A DNA stretch of 32,000 nucleotides from Bellilinea caldifistulae (GTDB taxonomy: Bacteria > Chloroflexota > Anaerolineae > Anaerolineales > Anaerolineaceae): contig NZ_LGHJ01000024.1 in NCBI RefSeq assembly GCF_001306055.1, forward strand, positions 30,001-62,000, in the 5' to 3' direction. Each line of letters opens with the position of its first letter. Within the stretch, counting starts at the first letter, position 1. The notes below the pieces were generated by a model. That model searched no databases and was not told where the DNA came from. It saw only the letters and a list, made by a program, of their open reading frames with translations. Shown here piece after piece: positions 8,586 to 16,413 of the stretch. The translations under genes were made by a program, and so were the position numbers.

Positions 8586-9356
8586 ATGCAAACCCATTCC
8601 CGCTCTCCCATGACATGGATACTCATATGGCTGACGGCTGCCCTCGCTCTGTCTGCCTGTCAACCCCAGCAAAACACCACTCCAACCGCCGATGTTCAGG
8701 AAACGGCGTTGTCTATGGCAAAGACGGCCCTCAACCCGACGGCCAGCCCAACTCCGGCGGCCACTGCTACGCCCTCACCCACGGTAACCCTCACCTTGAC
8801 CGCCACCCCAACGCTGCCGCCGACCGAAACGCCCACACCGGCACCCTTGTTTTCCAGTCTTCGTTTCATCGGCGTAACGGCTCGTTATGATGGCGCCAGC
8901 ATCATCCTTGAAATCCCCAATTTGCAGCAGGTTTACAACCTGACCATCAACGGGGTTAATTATCTTTGTCAACTGGCGGAGAGCGCCCCCAACCGGCTGT
9001 TTTGCAACGGACTCGCCAAACCGCCGGTGGATCAACCGGTGCAGGTGATTTTGCGCGACCCCGAAACCAACCAGGCGGTATTTGAGACTGTCACTTCGAT
9101 CTCGTCCATTCTGGTGGTTACTCCCATGCCTCGTGGCTATTACGACCCGAATTGCCCGCAACGCGGGCTGGACGTGAAATGTGAGATGGAATGCCGCATC
9201 CCGCCCAGCGGTGAACCGTGTGTGGTGGCAAGTTGTTACGATTCGTGCGGGCTGTATTTATCCATTCATACCTGTCCCGAAAATGTGGATGTCTATCCGG
9301 CGCTTTGCACCGACGAACAGTGGGCAGAAATGAAAGCCCGCCACAATATTCCTTGA
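8586..9356 (+). CDS. Secreted lipoprotein with Pro/Thr-rich linker and C-terminal 10-Cys domain (paralog A)
   Basis: Signal peptide with lipobox LALSAC (Cys25), then a PT-rich linker (ASPTPAATATPSPTVTLTLTATPTLPPTETPTPAP), then a Cys-rich domain ending EQWAEMKARHNIP. AGGAAG lies upstream of ATG 8586. Confidence 0.7.
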   Translation: MQTHSRSPMTWILIWLTAALALSACQPQQNTTPTADVQETALSMAKTALNPTASPTPAATATPSPTVTLTLTATPTLPPTETPTPAPLFSSLRFIGVTARYDGASIILEIPNLQQVYNLTINGVNYLCQLAESAPNRLFCNGLAKPPVDQPVQVILRDPETNQAVFETVTSISSILVVTPMPRGYYDPNCPQRGLDVKCEMECRIPPSGEPCVVASCYDSCGLYLSIHTCPENVDVYPALCTDEQWAEMKARHNIP

Positions 9357-9371
9357 GTGAGTGATCAGAAA

Positions 9372-10127
9372 ATGAAATTCTACCGATTGAGTTTGTTGGT
9401 TCCGTTGATTGTGATCGTGGCAGGCTGTGCTTCACCGCTGCCCTTAACGGCCGAGCCGGCCCGCTCAACGCCGACGGAAAGTCCCACGGAGGCGGTAATG
9501 ATCACCTCCACATCCCTGCCGCCGATGCCGACGGCGGTAGAACCCTCTGCAACTTTTACCGCAACGGCAACGCTTCTGCCCAGCCCGACGATTGCGCCAA
9601 CCCCAACCCCGCTGGCGGATTTTTCTTCGCTGCGGGTGATTACGTTGGAAAGCAACACTTTCGGCTGGATGATACAGTTCCACCTGCCCGGAATTGGGCA
9701 GCCTCTGCTATTAAAATTGGATGGGAAAGACTACCGCTGTTCGCTAGACGAGCGTTACCCCGAGCGTTTATTTTGTCAGGGGCTGGCAAAACCGTCCGTG
9801 GATCAATCTATGTTGCTGGTGTTCGTCAATCCAGAAAATGGTGAGGAAGTGTACCGGGGCAGTTTGATCATCCCGCTGGCTTTTATGGTACCGCCAACTC
9901 CGGTGGGTTATCTGCATACGGCTTGCGATCAGCGCGGTAAGAATGTTTCCTGCGAAACAGAATGCCGGATTGATCCAAACGGCAATCCCTGTATTGTGGC
10001 AACCTGTACGGACGCCTGCGGACCTTACTTTGCCGTGCATTCCTGCCCGGATGATATGCCGCTGCCATCCCCTTCCTGCTCAGCGGAACAGTGGGCGATG
10101 ATGAAAAAACGCTATCAAATTCCTTGA
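9372..10127 (+). CDS. Secreted lipoprotein with Pro/Thr-rich linker and C-terminal 10-Cys domain (paralog B)
   Basis: MKFYRLSLLVPLIVIVAGC lipobox (Cys19), a PT-rich linker, and a C-terminal domain colinear with paralog A, with all 10 Cys aligned, ending EQWAMMKKRYQIP. I prefer ATG 9372 to GTG 9357. Confidence 0.7.
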   Translation: MKFYRLSLLVPLIVIVAGCASPLPLTAEPARSTPTESPTEAVMITSTSLPPMPTAVEPSATFTATATLLPSPTIAPTPTPLADFSSLRVITLESNTFGWMIQFHLPGIGQPLLLKLDGKDYRCSLDERYPERLFCQGLAKPSVDQSMLLVFVNPENGEEVYRGSLIIPLAFMVPPTPVGYLHTACDQRGKNVSCETECRIDPNGNPCIVATCTDACGPYFAVHSCPDDMPLPSPSCSAEQWAMMKKRYQIP

Positions 10128-10138
10128 GAGAGGTAAAA

Positions 10139-10963
10139 ATGAGCCACATTCTGGATAAGTTTCGAATGGACGGACAGGTTGCGGTAGTGACCGGCGGGGC
10201 AGGTTTGCTGGGACGGCAATTCTGCCGAACGCTGGCTGAAGCCGGTGCTGCCGTGGTGGTTGCGGATTTGAACCGCATGAGCGCCATCACGCTGGCGGAA
10301 AACCTGCAAAAAGACGGCTATCCGGCGCTTGGCACCGGCGTGGATGTGACCGATCCCGACTCGGTGGAAGATATGGTTGCAGCGGCGGTCAATCATTTTG
10401 GGCGGCTGGATGTGCTGGTGTGCAGTGCCGCCATGGATCCGAAATTCGATGCCGAACACGCTGATCAGCAGCAGGGTAACGCTTTTGAAACCTACCCGCT
10501 GGAAGCCTGGCGGCAGGCACTGGATGTCAACCTGACCGGCATGTTCCTCAGCGCTCAGGCAGCCGTCAAGCCGATGCTGGCGCAGAATCACGGTGTGATC
10601 ATCAATATCTGCTCCACATACGGATTGGTTGGCCCGGATCAGCGGATTTATCAGCGCCCTGGACAACCGCCGCAGTACAAGCCGGTGTTTTACTCCGTCA
10701 CCAAAGCCGGCGTGCTGGGGTTGACCCGCTATCTGGCGACCTATTATGCCGGGCGGAACATTCGCGTGAATGCGCTGACCCCCGGCGGGGTTTATCATCA
10801 GCATGACCCCGTGTTTGTCGAAAATTACAGTTATCGTACCGTGATGGGGCGGATGGCTGAACAGGATGAGATGAACGGCGCATTGCTCTTTCTGGCTTCA
10901 GACGCTTCCAGTTACATGACGGGCGCCAATCTGGTGGTGGACGGAGGCTGGACGGCATGGTGA
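10139..10963 (+). CDS. Classical short-chain dehydrogenase/reductase (SDR)
   Basis: VAVVTGGAGLLGRQF (TGxxxGxG), the NICSTYG region and YSVTKAG (YxxxK). ATG 10139 has the RBS GAGAGAGG. Confidence 0.85.
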   Translation: MSHILDKFRMDGQVAVVTGGAGLLGRQFCRTLAEAGAAVVVADLNRMSAITLAENLQKDGYPALGTGVDVTDPDSVEDMVAAAVNHFGRLDVLVCSAAMDPKFDAEHADQQQGNAFETYPLEAWRQALDVNLTGMFLSAQAAVKPMLAQNHGVIINICSTYGLVGPDQRIYQRPGQPPQYKPVFYSVTKAGVLGLTRYLATYYAGRNIRVNALTPGGVYHQHDPVFVENYSYRTVMGRMAEQDEMNGALLFLASDASSYMTGANLVVDGGWTAW

Positions 10964-12183
10964 ACAACACCGAAGTGCTGGCGATCATCCCGGCGCGCGG
11001 CGGATCGAAGGGCATTCCGCGCAAGAATATCCGCAACTTTGCCGGTCATCCGTTGATTGCGTATAGCATTGCAGCGGCCTTGCAGTCGCGCCGGGTTACC
11101 CGGGTGATTGTTTCGACCGATGACCCCGAAATTGCCGAGGTGTCCCGCTCCTACGGAGCCGAGGTGCCCTTCCTGCGCCCGGCCGAACTGGCTCAGGACT
11201 CGACACTGGATTTGCCGGTCTTTCAACATGCTCTGGCATGGTTGACGGCCAATGAAGCCTATGCTCCAGATGTGGTGGTGCAGCTTCGCCCGACTTCTCC
11301 GATCCGCCCGGTAGGGTTGGTGGACGAGGCCGTGCGGATTCTGCTGGAACACCCCGAAGCCGACTCCGTGCGGGGTGTGGTGCCGGCCGGACAAAACCCT
11401 CACAAGATGTGGCGGATTGACCTGCAAACCGGACAGATGAAAAATTTGCTGGATGTGCCGGGGGTGCCGGAGCCGTACAATGCGCCCCGTCAGATCCTGC
11501 CGCCGGTTTACTGGCAGACCGGCCACATTGACGCCATCCGCCCGGTGACGATTCTAGAAAAAAATTCGATGAGCGGCGAGGTGATTTTACCGGTGATGAT
11601 TGACCCGCGCTACACGGTGGATATTGACTCGCTCTCAGATTGGGTGCGGGCCGAGTGGCTGGTGTATCACGGCGGGCTGGAGATGGTGCATCCCGGCCGG
11701 GTGCGCCGTCCATTGCCGGATGAGGTGACTCTGGTGGTTTTCGATTTCGACGGCGTGCTGACCGATAACCGCGTGTGGGTGGATTCCGAGGGCCATGAGT
11801 TCGTTGCCGCCTATCGCTCGGACAGCCTCGGCATTCAAGCGTTGCACAAAGCCGGCATCCAGACGCTGGTGCTTTCGACCGAAAAAGATGGGGCGGTTTC
11901 GGCCCGCTGCCGAAAAATGGGTGTGCCGGTGTTGCAAGGTGTGGAGGATAAAGCCGCGCGGTTGACCGAATACCTCAAAGAGCATGAACTCGATGCTCGC
12001 TCGGTCATCTTTGTGGGGAACGATGTCAATGATTTGACCTGTTTCGATCTGGTAGGCTGTGCGGTGGCTGTTGCCGATGCCCAGCCGGAAGTGCTGCGTC
12101 AGGCAGACCTGATTTTGACCCGTCGGGGTGGATATGGTGCCGTACGCGAGCTGTGTGATCTGCTGTTGCACAGGCAGGAATAA
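10957..12183 (+). CDS. Bifunctional fusion of an acylneuraminate-type cytidylyltransferase (NeuA/CTP_transf_3) with a KdsC-family HAD phosphatase
   Basis: The N-terminal half has LAIIPARGGSKGIPRKNIRNFAGHPLIAYSI. The C-terminal half has VVFDFDGVLTDN (DxD nucleophile motif at 11743-11754), STEKD, and GNDVNDL..VADA typical of Kdo-8-P/KDN-9-P phosphatases. Confidence 0.85.
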   Translation: MVNNTEVLAIIPARGGSKGIPRKNIRNFAGHPLIAYSIAAALQSRRVTRVIVSTDDPEIAEVSRSYGAEVPFLRPAELAQDSTLDLPVFQHALAWLTANEAYAPDVVVQLRPTSPIRPVGLVDEAVRILLEHPEADSVRGVVPAGQNPHKMWRIDLQTGQMKNLLDVPGVPEPYNAPRQILPPVYWQTGHIDAIRPVTILEKNSMSGEVILPVMIDPRYTVDIDSLSDWVRAEWLVYHGGLEMVHPGRVRRPLPDEVTLVVFDFDGVLTDNRVWVDSEGHEFVAAYRSDSLGIQALHKAGIQTLVLSTEKDGAVSARCRKMGVPVLQGVEDKAARLTEYLKEHELDARSVIFVGNDVNDLTCFDLVGCAVAVADAQPEVLRQADLILTRRGGYGAVRELCDLLLHRQE

Positions 12184-12221
12184 AACTGGATTGTTCGATT
12201 GAATTCTTAAGGAGTGAACCA

Positions 12222-13097
12222 ATGGCAAAGGCAGTCAAAATAGGGGATCGTTGGGTGGGGGATGGCCATCCCACCTATGTCGTGGCTGAAATTGGCATCA
12301 ATCACAACGGCGATATTGAAATTGCCAAGCGCTTGATGGATGCCGCCAAACATGCCGGGGTGGATGCGGTCAAGTTTCAAAAACGCACCCCCGAACTGTG
12401 CACCCCGCCCGATCAGCGTAATGTGATGCGTGAGACGCCGTGGGGCTACATCACCTATCTGGAATACCGCCATAAAATCGAATTTGGTGAGGCGGAATAC
12501 CGCGAAGTGGACCGTTACGCCAAAGAAATCGGGATCACCTGGTTCGTTTCGGTTTGGGATGAGCCCTCGGTGGACTTCATCGAGGCTTTTGACCCGGTGG
12601 CGTATAAAGTACCATCTGCTGCCCTGACCGATCACGGCTTGTTGCGTAAACTACGTTCGACCGGCCGACCGATCATCCTCTCGACCGGCATGTCCACCAT
12701 TGACCAGATCAAGGCGGCGGTGGAACTGCTGGATATGGAAAACCTGATTATCTGTCATACCACGAGTGCTTATCCCTGCCCGCCGGAAGAACTCAATCTG
12801 CGCATGGTGCAGACCCTCAAAGAGACCTATCCCTGCCCGATTGGGTACTCCGGTCATGAAGTCGGTTTGATCCCCTCGGTGGTAGCGGTTGCGTTGGGGG
12901 CTTGTCTGGTGGAACGTCACATCACCCTCGACCGCGCCATGTGGGGATCGGATCAGGCGGCTTCGGTAGAGCCGGGCGGCTTTGAACGACTGGTCAAATA
13001 CATCCGCGTCACCGAACTTTCGCTGGGTGACGGCGTGAAACGGGTGTACGACAGCGAACTGCCCTCTTTGAAAAAACTGCGCAGGGTGTTCAACTAA
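12222..13097 (+). CDS. NeuB-family ulosonic-acid synthase, short form lacking the SAF domain
   Basis: IGDRWVGDGHPTYVVAEIGINHNGDIEIAKRLMDAAKHAGVDAVKFQKR is the signature. At 291 aa it ends right after the TIM-barrel region, and no SAF-like tail is present. RBS AAGGAG. Confidence 0.85.
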   Translation: MAKAVKIGDRWVGDGHPTYVVAEIGINHNGDIEIAKRLMDAAKHAGVDAVKFQKRTPELCTPPDQRNVMRETPWGYITYLEYRHKIEFGEAEYREVDRYAKEIGITWFVSVWDEPSVDFIEAFDPVAYKVPSAALTDHGLLRKLRSTGRPIILSTGMSTIDQIKAAVELLDMENLIICHTTSAYPCPPEELNLRMVQTLKETYPCPIGYSGHEVGLIPSVVAVALGACLVERHITLDRAMWGSDQAASVEPGGFERLVKYIRVTELSLGDGVKRVYDSELPSLKKLRRVFN

Positions 13098-13103
13098 TCC
13101 AGC

Positions 13104-14720
13104 ATGAACTGGACGGTGGAGCGCATCCGCAAGGGCGTGCAGCGGCGCTGGCTGCAAGCGCAGAATAACCGGCGCCTGGCTGATCTGGCAGCGCAAATTG
13201 AACGAAATGCGCCGCCGGTGGTCGATTCGCGCCCGGTGGTGATGTTCAATGCGTCCAGCCGGCTGGCGTGGATGAGCCTGAATGCGGCGTTTACCCTGCT
13301 GAGCGGTTGGGGTTTGCGTCTGGCGGGGGTGCCGGTGGTGCATTTCGTCTGCCGGGCGGGGATGACGCGTTGTCAACTCGGCAGTGCGCTGACCCCGTTT
13401 GACCAACCGCCGCCGTGTGCGGCTTGCGTCCGCCAGTCGGGGCATCTTTACCGCAACGGAAAGGTGCGCTGGTTTGAGTACCAGCCGGTGGAAGAAGTCG
13501 AACGCGCCACAGCCGGTCTGCCGCTGACCGATTTGATGGGTTTTGGGTGGCAGGGTTTACCGCTGGGTGAACTGGTGCTGCCATCGCTGCGCTGGGCGCT
13601 GCGCCGCCATGATCTGGAAGATGACGAGCCGACCCGCTTTCTGCTCAGGCAGTTCCTTCTTTCGGCGGCGCGGGTGGCGGTGGAGTTTTCCCGCTTTGTT
13701 GAGGAAGTGCAGCCCCGGGCGGTGGTGGTATTCAACGGCGTTTCCTACCCGGAGGCGGTGGCAAGGCAGATTGGACAGAAGCACGGCCTGCCGGTGATTA
13801 CGCACGAGGTGGGCTTACAGCCGTTCAGTGCTTTCTTCTCGCACGGGCATGCAACTGCCTACCCGATTGATGTGCCGTCCAATTTTGAACTCAACCCGGA
13901 CCGGGAAGCGCGCCTGAACGCTTACCTTGAAAAACGCTTTCAGGGGCAGTTCAGCATGGCGGGCATCCGCTTTTGGCAGGACATGCGTCATCTGGATGAG
14001 GGTTTACTGCAAAAGGCAGCTGCCTTCCGTCAAATTGTGCCGGTTTTTACCAATGTGATATTTGATACCAGCCAAATCCACGCCAACATCCTCTTCCGGG
14101 ATATGTTCGCCTGGCTGGATGAGGTGTTGGAGATCATCCGCGCTCACCCCGAAACCCTGTTTGTGGTGCGGGCTCATCCCGATGAAGACCGTCCCGGCAA
14201 ACAAGCTCGCCAGAGTGTTACCGGCTGGGCTGCCCAAAAACGGCTGACTGATTTGCCGAACGTGGTGTTCATTCCGCCGGCGGAATATCTGAGTTCTTAT
14301 GAGTTGATCCAACGCTCCAAATTTGTGATGGTTTATAATTCGACCATCGGTCTGGAAGCCTCTATCCTGGGGAGTGCGGTGTTGTGCGGCGGGCAGGCAC
14401 GCTACACCCGTCTGCCAACCGTGTTTTTGCCCCAATCGGCCGAGGATTTTCGCCGGATGGCGGAAGCCTTTTTACGCGCCGAGCGAGTTAGTCCACCGCC
14501 TGAGTTTCAACGAAACGCCCGCCGATTTTTGTACTATCAACTATTTCGGGCTTCACTGCCGTTTGATGCCTTTTTGGAAGAGGACCTGACTCCCGGTTTT
14601 GTGCGCCTGAAAAAGAACCTGGGCTGGCAGGACTTTTTGCCCGAATCTTCCCCCACGCTGGCGGTGATCAACCGCGGGGTGCTTCAGGGTGAGCCGTTTT
14701 TGCTACCGGAGGAGGATTAA
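13104..14720 (+). CDS. Capsule_synth (KpsC/KpsS)-like GT-B protein; candidate CMP-ulosonic-acid transferase
   Basis: VVVFNGVSYPEAVARQIGQKHGLPVITHEVG, then LFVVRAHPDEDRPGK (HP codons at 14175-14180), then VMVYNSTIGLEASILGSAVLCGGQARY. This closely mirrors the KpsC/KpsS beta-Kdo transferase motif order. The N-terminus carries a CX6C...CX2C cluster. Confidence 0.55.
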   Translation: MNWTVERIRKGVQRRWLQAQNNRRLADLAAQIERNAPPVVDSRPVVMFNASSRLAWMSLNAAFTLLSGWGLRLAGVPVVHFVCRAGMTRCQLGSALTPFDQPPPCAACVRQSGHLYRNGKVRWFEYQPVEEVERATAGLPLTDLMGFGWQGLPLGELVLPSLRWALRRHDLEDDEPTRFLLRQFLLSAARVAVEFSRFVEEVQPRAVVVFNGVSYPEAVARQIGQKHGLPVITHEVGLQPFSAFFSHGHATAYPIDVPSNFELNPDREARLNAYLEKRFQGQFSMAGIRFWQDMRHLDEGLLQKAAAFRQIVPVFTNVIFDTSQIHANILFRDMFAWLDEVLEIIRAHPETLFVVRAHPDEDRPGKQARQSVTGWAAQKRLTDLPNVVFIPPAEYLSSYELIQRSKFVMVYNSTIGLEASILGSAVLCGGQARYTRLPTVFLPQSAEDFRRMAEAFLRAERVSPPPEFQRNARRFLYYQLFRASLPFDAFLEEDLTPGFVRLKKNLGWQDFLPESSPTLAVINRGVLQGEPFLLPEED

Positions 14721-14726
14721 GCCGGC

Positions 14727-15683
14727 ATGTCGAAACCACGCTGCTCGATTGTCATCCGCGCATATAACGAGGAAAAGCACATCGGCCGGCTGTTGAGCGG
14801 CATCCTGCAGCAGACCGTGCAGGATGTGCAGATTGTGCTGGTGGATTCGGGTTCAACCGATGCGACCGTTGCGATTGCCAGCCGCTTCCCGGTTGAGGTG
14901 GTGCATATCCGTCCGCAGGAATTCACCTTTGGGCGCTCGCTTAATATGGGGATTGCCCGGGCACGTGCTGATGTGGTGGTCATGGCCTCGGCGCATGTCT
15001 ATCCGGTTTATCCGGACTGGCTGGAACGATTGCTCGAACCGTTCGAGGATGGGCAGGTGGCGGTGGCTTACGGTAAACAGCGCGGCGCAGCCACCACCCA
15101 CTACTCCGAGCATCAGGTTTTTCGGCGCTGGTTCCCCGACCAATCCACCCTGCGCCAGCCGCATCCGTTTTGCAACAATGCCAACGCGGCCATCCGCCGC
15201 GCCTTGTGGGAGCAGCACGCTTATGATGAACTTCTCACCGGTTTGGAAGATCTGGCCTGGGCGCGCTGGGCGCAGAGTCAGGGCTATGGAGTTGCCTATG
15301 TGGCCGAGGCGGAGGTCATTCATGTTCATCAGGAAACCTGGCGCGGAATTTACAACCGTTACCGGCGTGAGGGGATGGCCTTCAAGCAGATTTATCCGCA
15401 GGAGCATTTTCGATTCACCGATTTTGTGCGCCTGTGGGTGAGTAATGTGTGGAGCGATTGGCGGGCGGCAGCCAGCGATGGCTTACTGGCTAAAGAATGG
15501 GCGAATATCGTCCGGTTTCGACTGATGCAGTTCTGGGGAACCTATCAGGGCTATCGCCAGTCCGGGCCGCTGACCTGGCAGCTCAAACAGACGTTCTACT
15601 ACCCCAACCTGAATGAACCTCCCAACGGACAAACCGTCCGGCGGGATGTCCAGCCGATTCAATACAAAGAGGGCAATGAATGA
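14727..15683 (+). CDS. Glycosyltransferase family 2
   Basis: CSIVIRAYNEEKHIGRLLSGILQQT...IVLVDSGSTDAT is a GT2 N-terminus. Confidence 0.85.
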   Translation: MSKPRCSIVIRAYNEEKHIGRLLSGILQQTVQDVQIVLVDSGSTDATVAIASRFPVEVVHIRPQEFTFGRSLNMGIARARADVVVMASAHVYPVYPDWLERLLEPFEDGQVAVAYGKQRGAATTHYSEHQVFRRWFPDQSTLRQPHPFCNNANAAIRRALWEQHAYDELLTGLEDLAWARWAQSQGYGVAYVAEAEVIHVHQETWRGIYNRYRREGMAFKQIYPQEHFRFTDFVRLWVSNVWSDWRAAASDGLLAKEWANIVRFRLMQFWGTYQGYRQSGPLTWQLKQTFYYPNLNEPPNGQTVRRDVQPIQYKEGNE

Positions 15684-15714
15684 GAGAAGGATTCTTACCA
15701 GGCGAGGTGAGTGA

Positions 15715-16413
15715 ATGAAGACAGACCCCATGATTGTGGCACTGGTGCCCATGCGCCATCACTCGGTGCGTGTACCCGGCAAGAACTACCGTCCGCTGGC
15801 GGGAAAACCGCTCTTTCACCATATTTTGAGCGCTTTGCTGCAAACTCCGGAAATCGGCCGGGTGGTGGTGGACACCGACTCGCCGGTATTGATGGAGGGA
15901 ATTTCCCGTGATTTTCCGCAGGTGACCCTGCTGGAACGCCCGGCTCACCTGACGGCGGACACGGTGCCGATGAATGAAATTTTGATGTACGATACCGAAC
16001 AGGTGGCAGCCGATTTTTACCTGCAAACCCATTCCACCAATCCGCTGCTGCGCCCGCAAACCATCTCCAAAGCCATCCAGACTTTTCTCAGCCATTACCC
16101 GGCTTATGATTCACTCTTTTCGGTGACCCGTCTGCAAACCCGCTTGTGGGACGGGCTGGCTCGACCGATCAATCACAACCCGGCGATCCTGCTGCGCACC
16201 CAGGATTTACCGCCGGTTTACGAGGAAAATTCCTGCATGTATATTTTTACACGCCAAACCCTGGCACAGCGGCGTAACCGGATTGGCGAACGTCCCTATC
16301 TATTTGAAATGGATCCGCTTGAAGCCCGCGACATTGATGAAGAGTTCGATTTCCTTCTGGCGGATTTGCTGATGCGCCAGCGGCTGCAGGCCGAAAGCGG
16401 CAGGGAGGACTGA
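15715..16413 (+). CDS. Acylneuraminate cytidylyltransferase family protein (third CMP-activating enzyme)
   Basis: IVALVPMRHHSVRVPGKNYRPLAGKPLFHHIL plus LQTHSTNPLLRP, a CTP_transf_3 / NeuA-like fold. 232 aa. Confidence 0.85.
   Translation: MKTDPMIVALVPMRHHSVRVPGKNYRPLAGKPLFHHILSALLQTPEIGRVVVDTDSPVLMEGISRDFPQVTLLERPAHLTADTVPMNEILMYDTEQVAADFYLQTHSTNPLLRPQTISKAIQTFLSHYPAYDSLFSVTRLQTRLWDGLARPINHNPAILLRTQDLPPVYEENSCMYIFTRQTLAQRRNRIGERPYLFEMDPLEARDIDEEFDFLLADLLMRQRLQAESGRED

Noticed and set aside
7468-8616. 382-aa minus-strand ORF opposite the oxidoreductase
   Set aside because: Antisense shadow ORF. The plus frame has GFGSIGRRH and EKP motifs.
8740-8860. Apparent repetitive ACC/CCG/GCC-rich DNA (also 9480-9610 and 25790-25930), considered as a tandem repeat or CRISPR-like array
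   Set aside because: This is low-complexity Pro/Thr/Ala linker coding sequence. It has no exact repeat units and no spacer periodicity.
10115-11713. Minus-strand ORFs 10115-10804, 10912-11526 and 11096-11713
   Set aside because: Antisense shadows of the SDR and NeuA-HAD genes. The translations are rich in Arg/Pro/Gly/His.
12651-13445. 264-aa minus-strand ORF spanning the NeuB and Capsule_synth-like gene junction
   Set aside because: Shadow ORF with an extremely Arg/His/Gln-rich translation. Both plus-strand genes are well supported.
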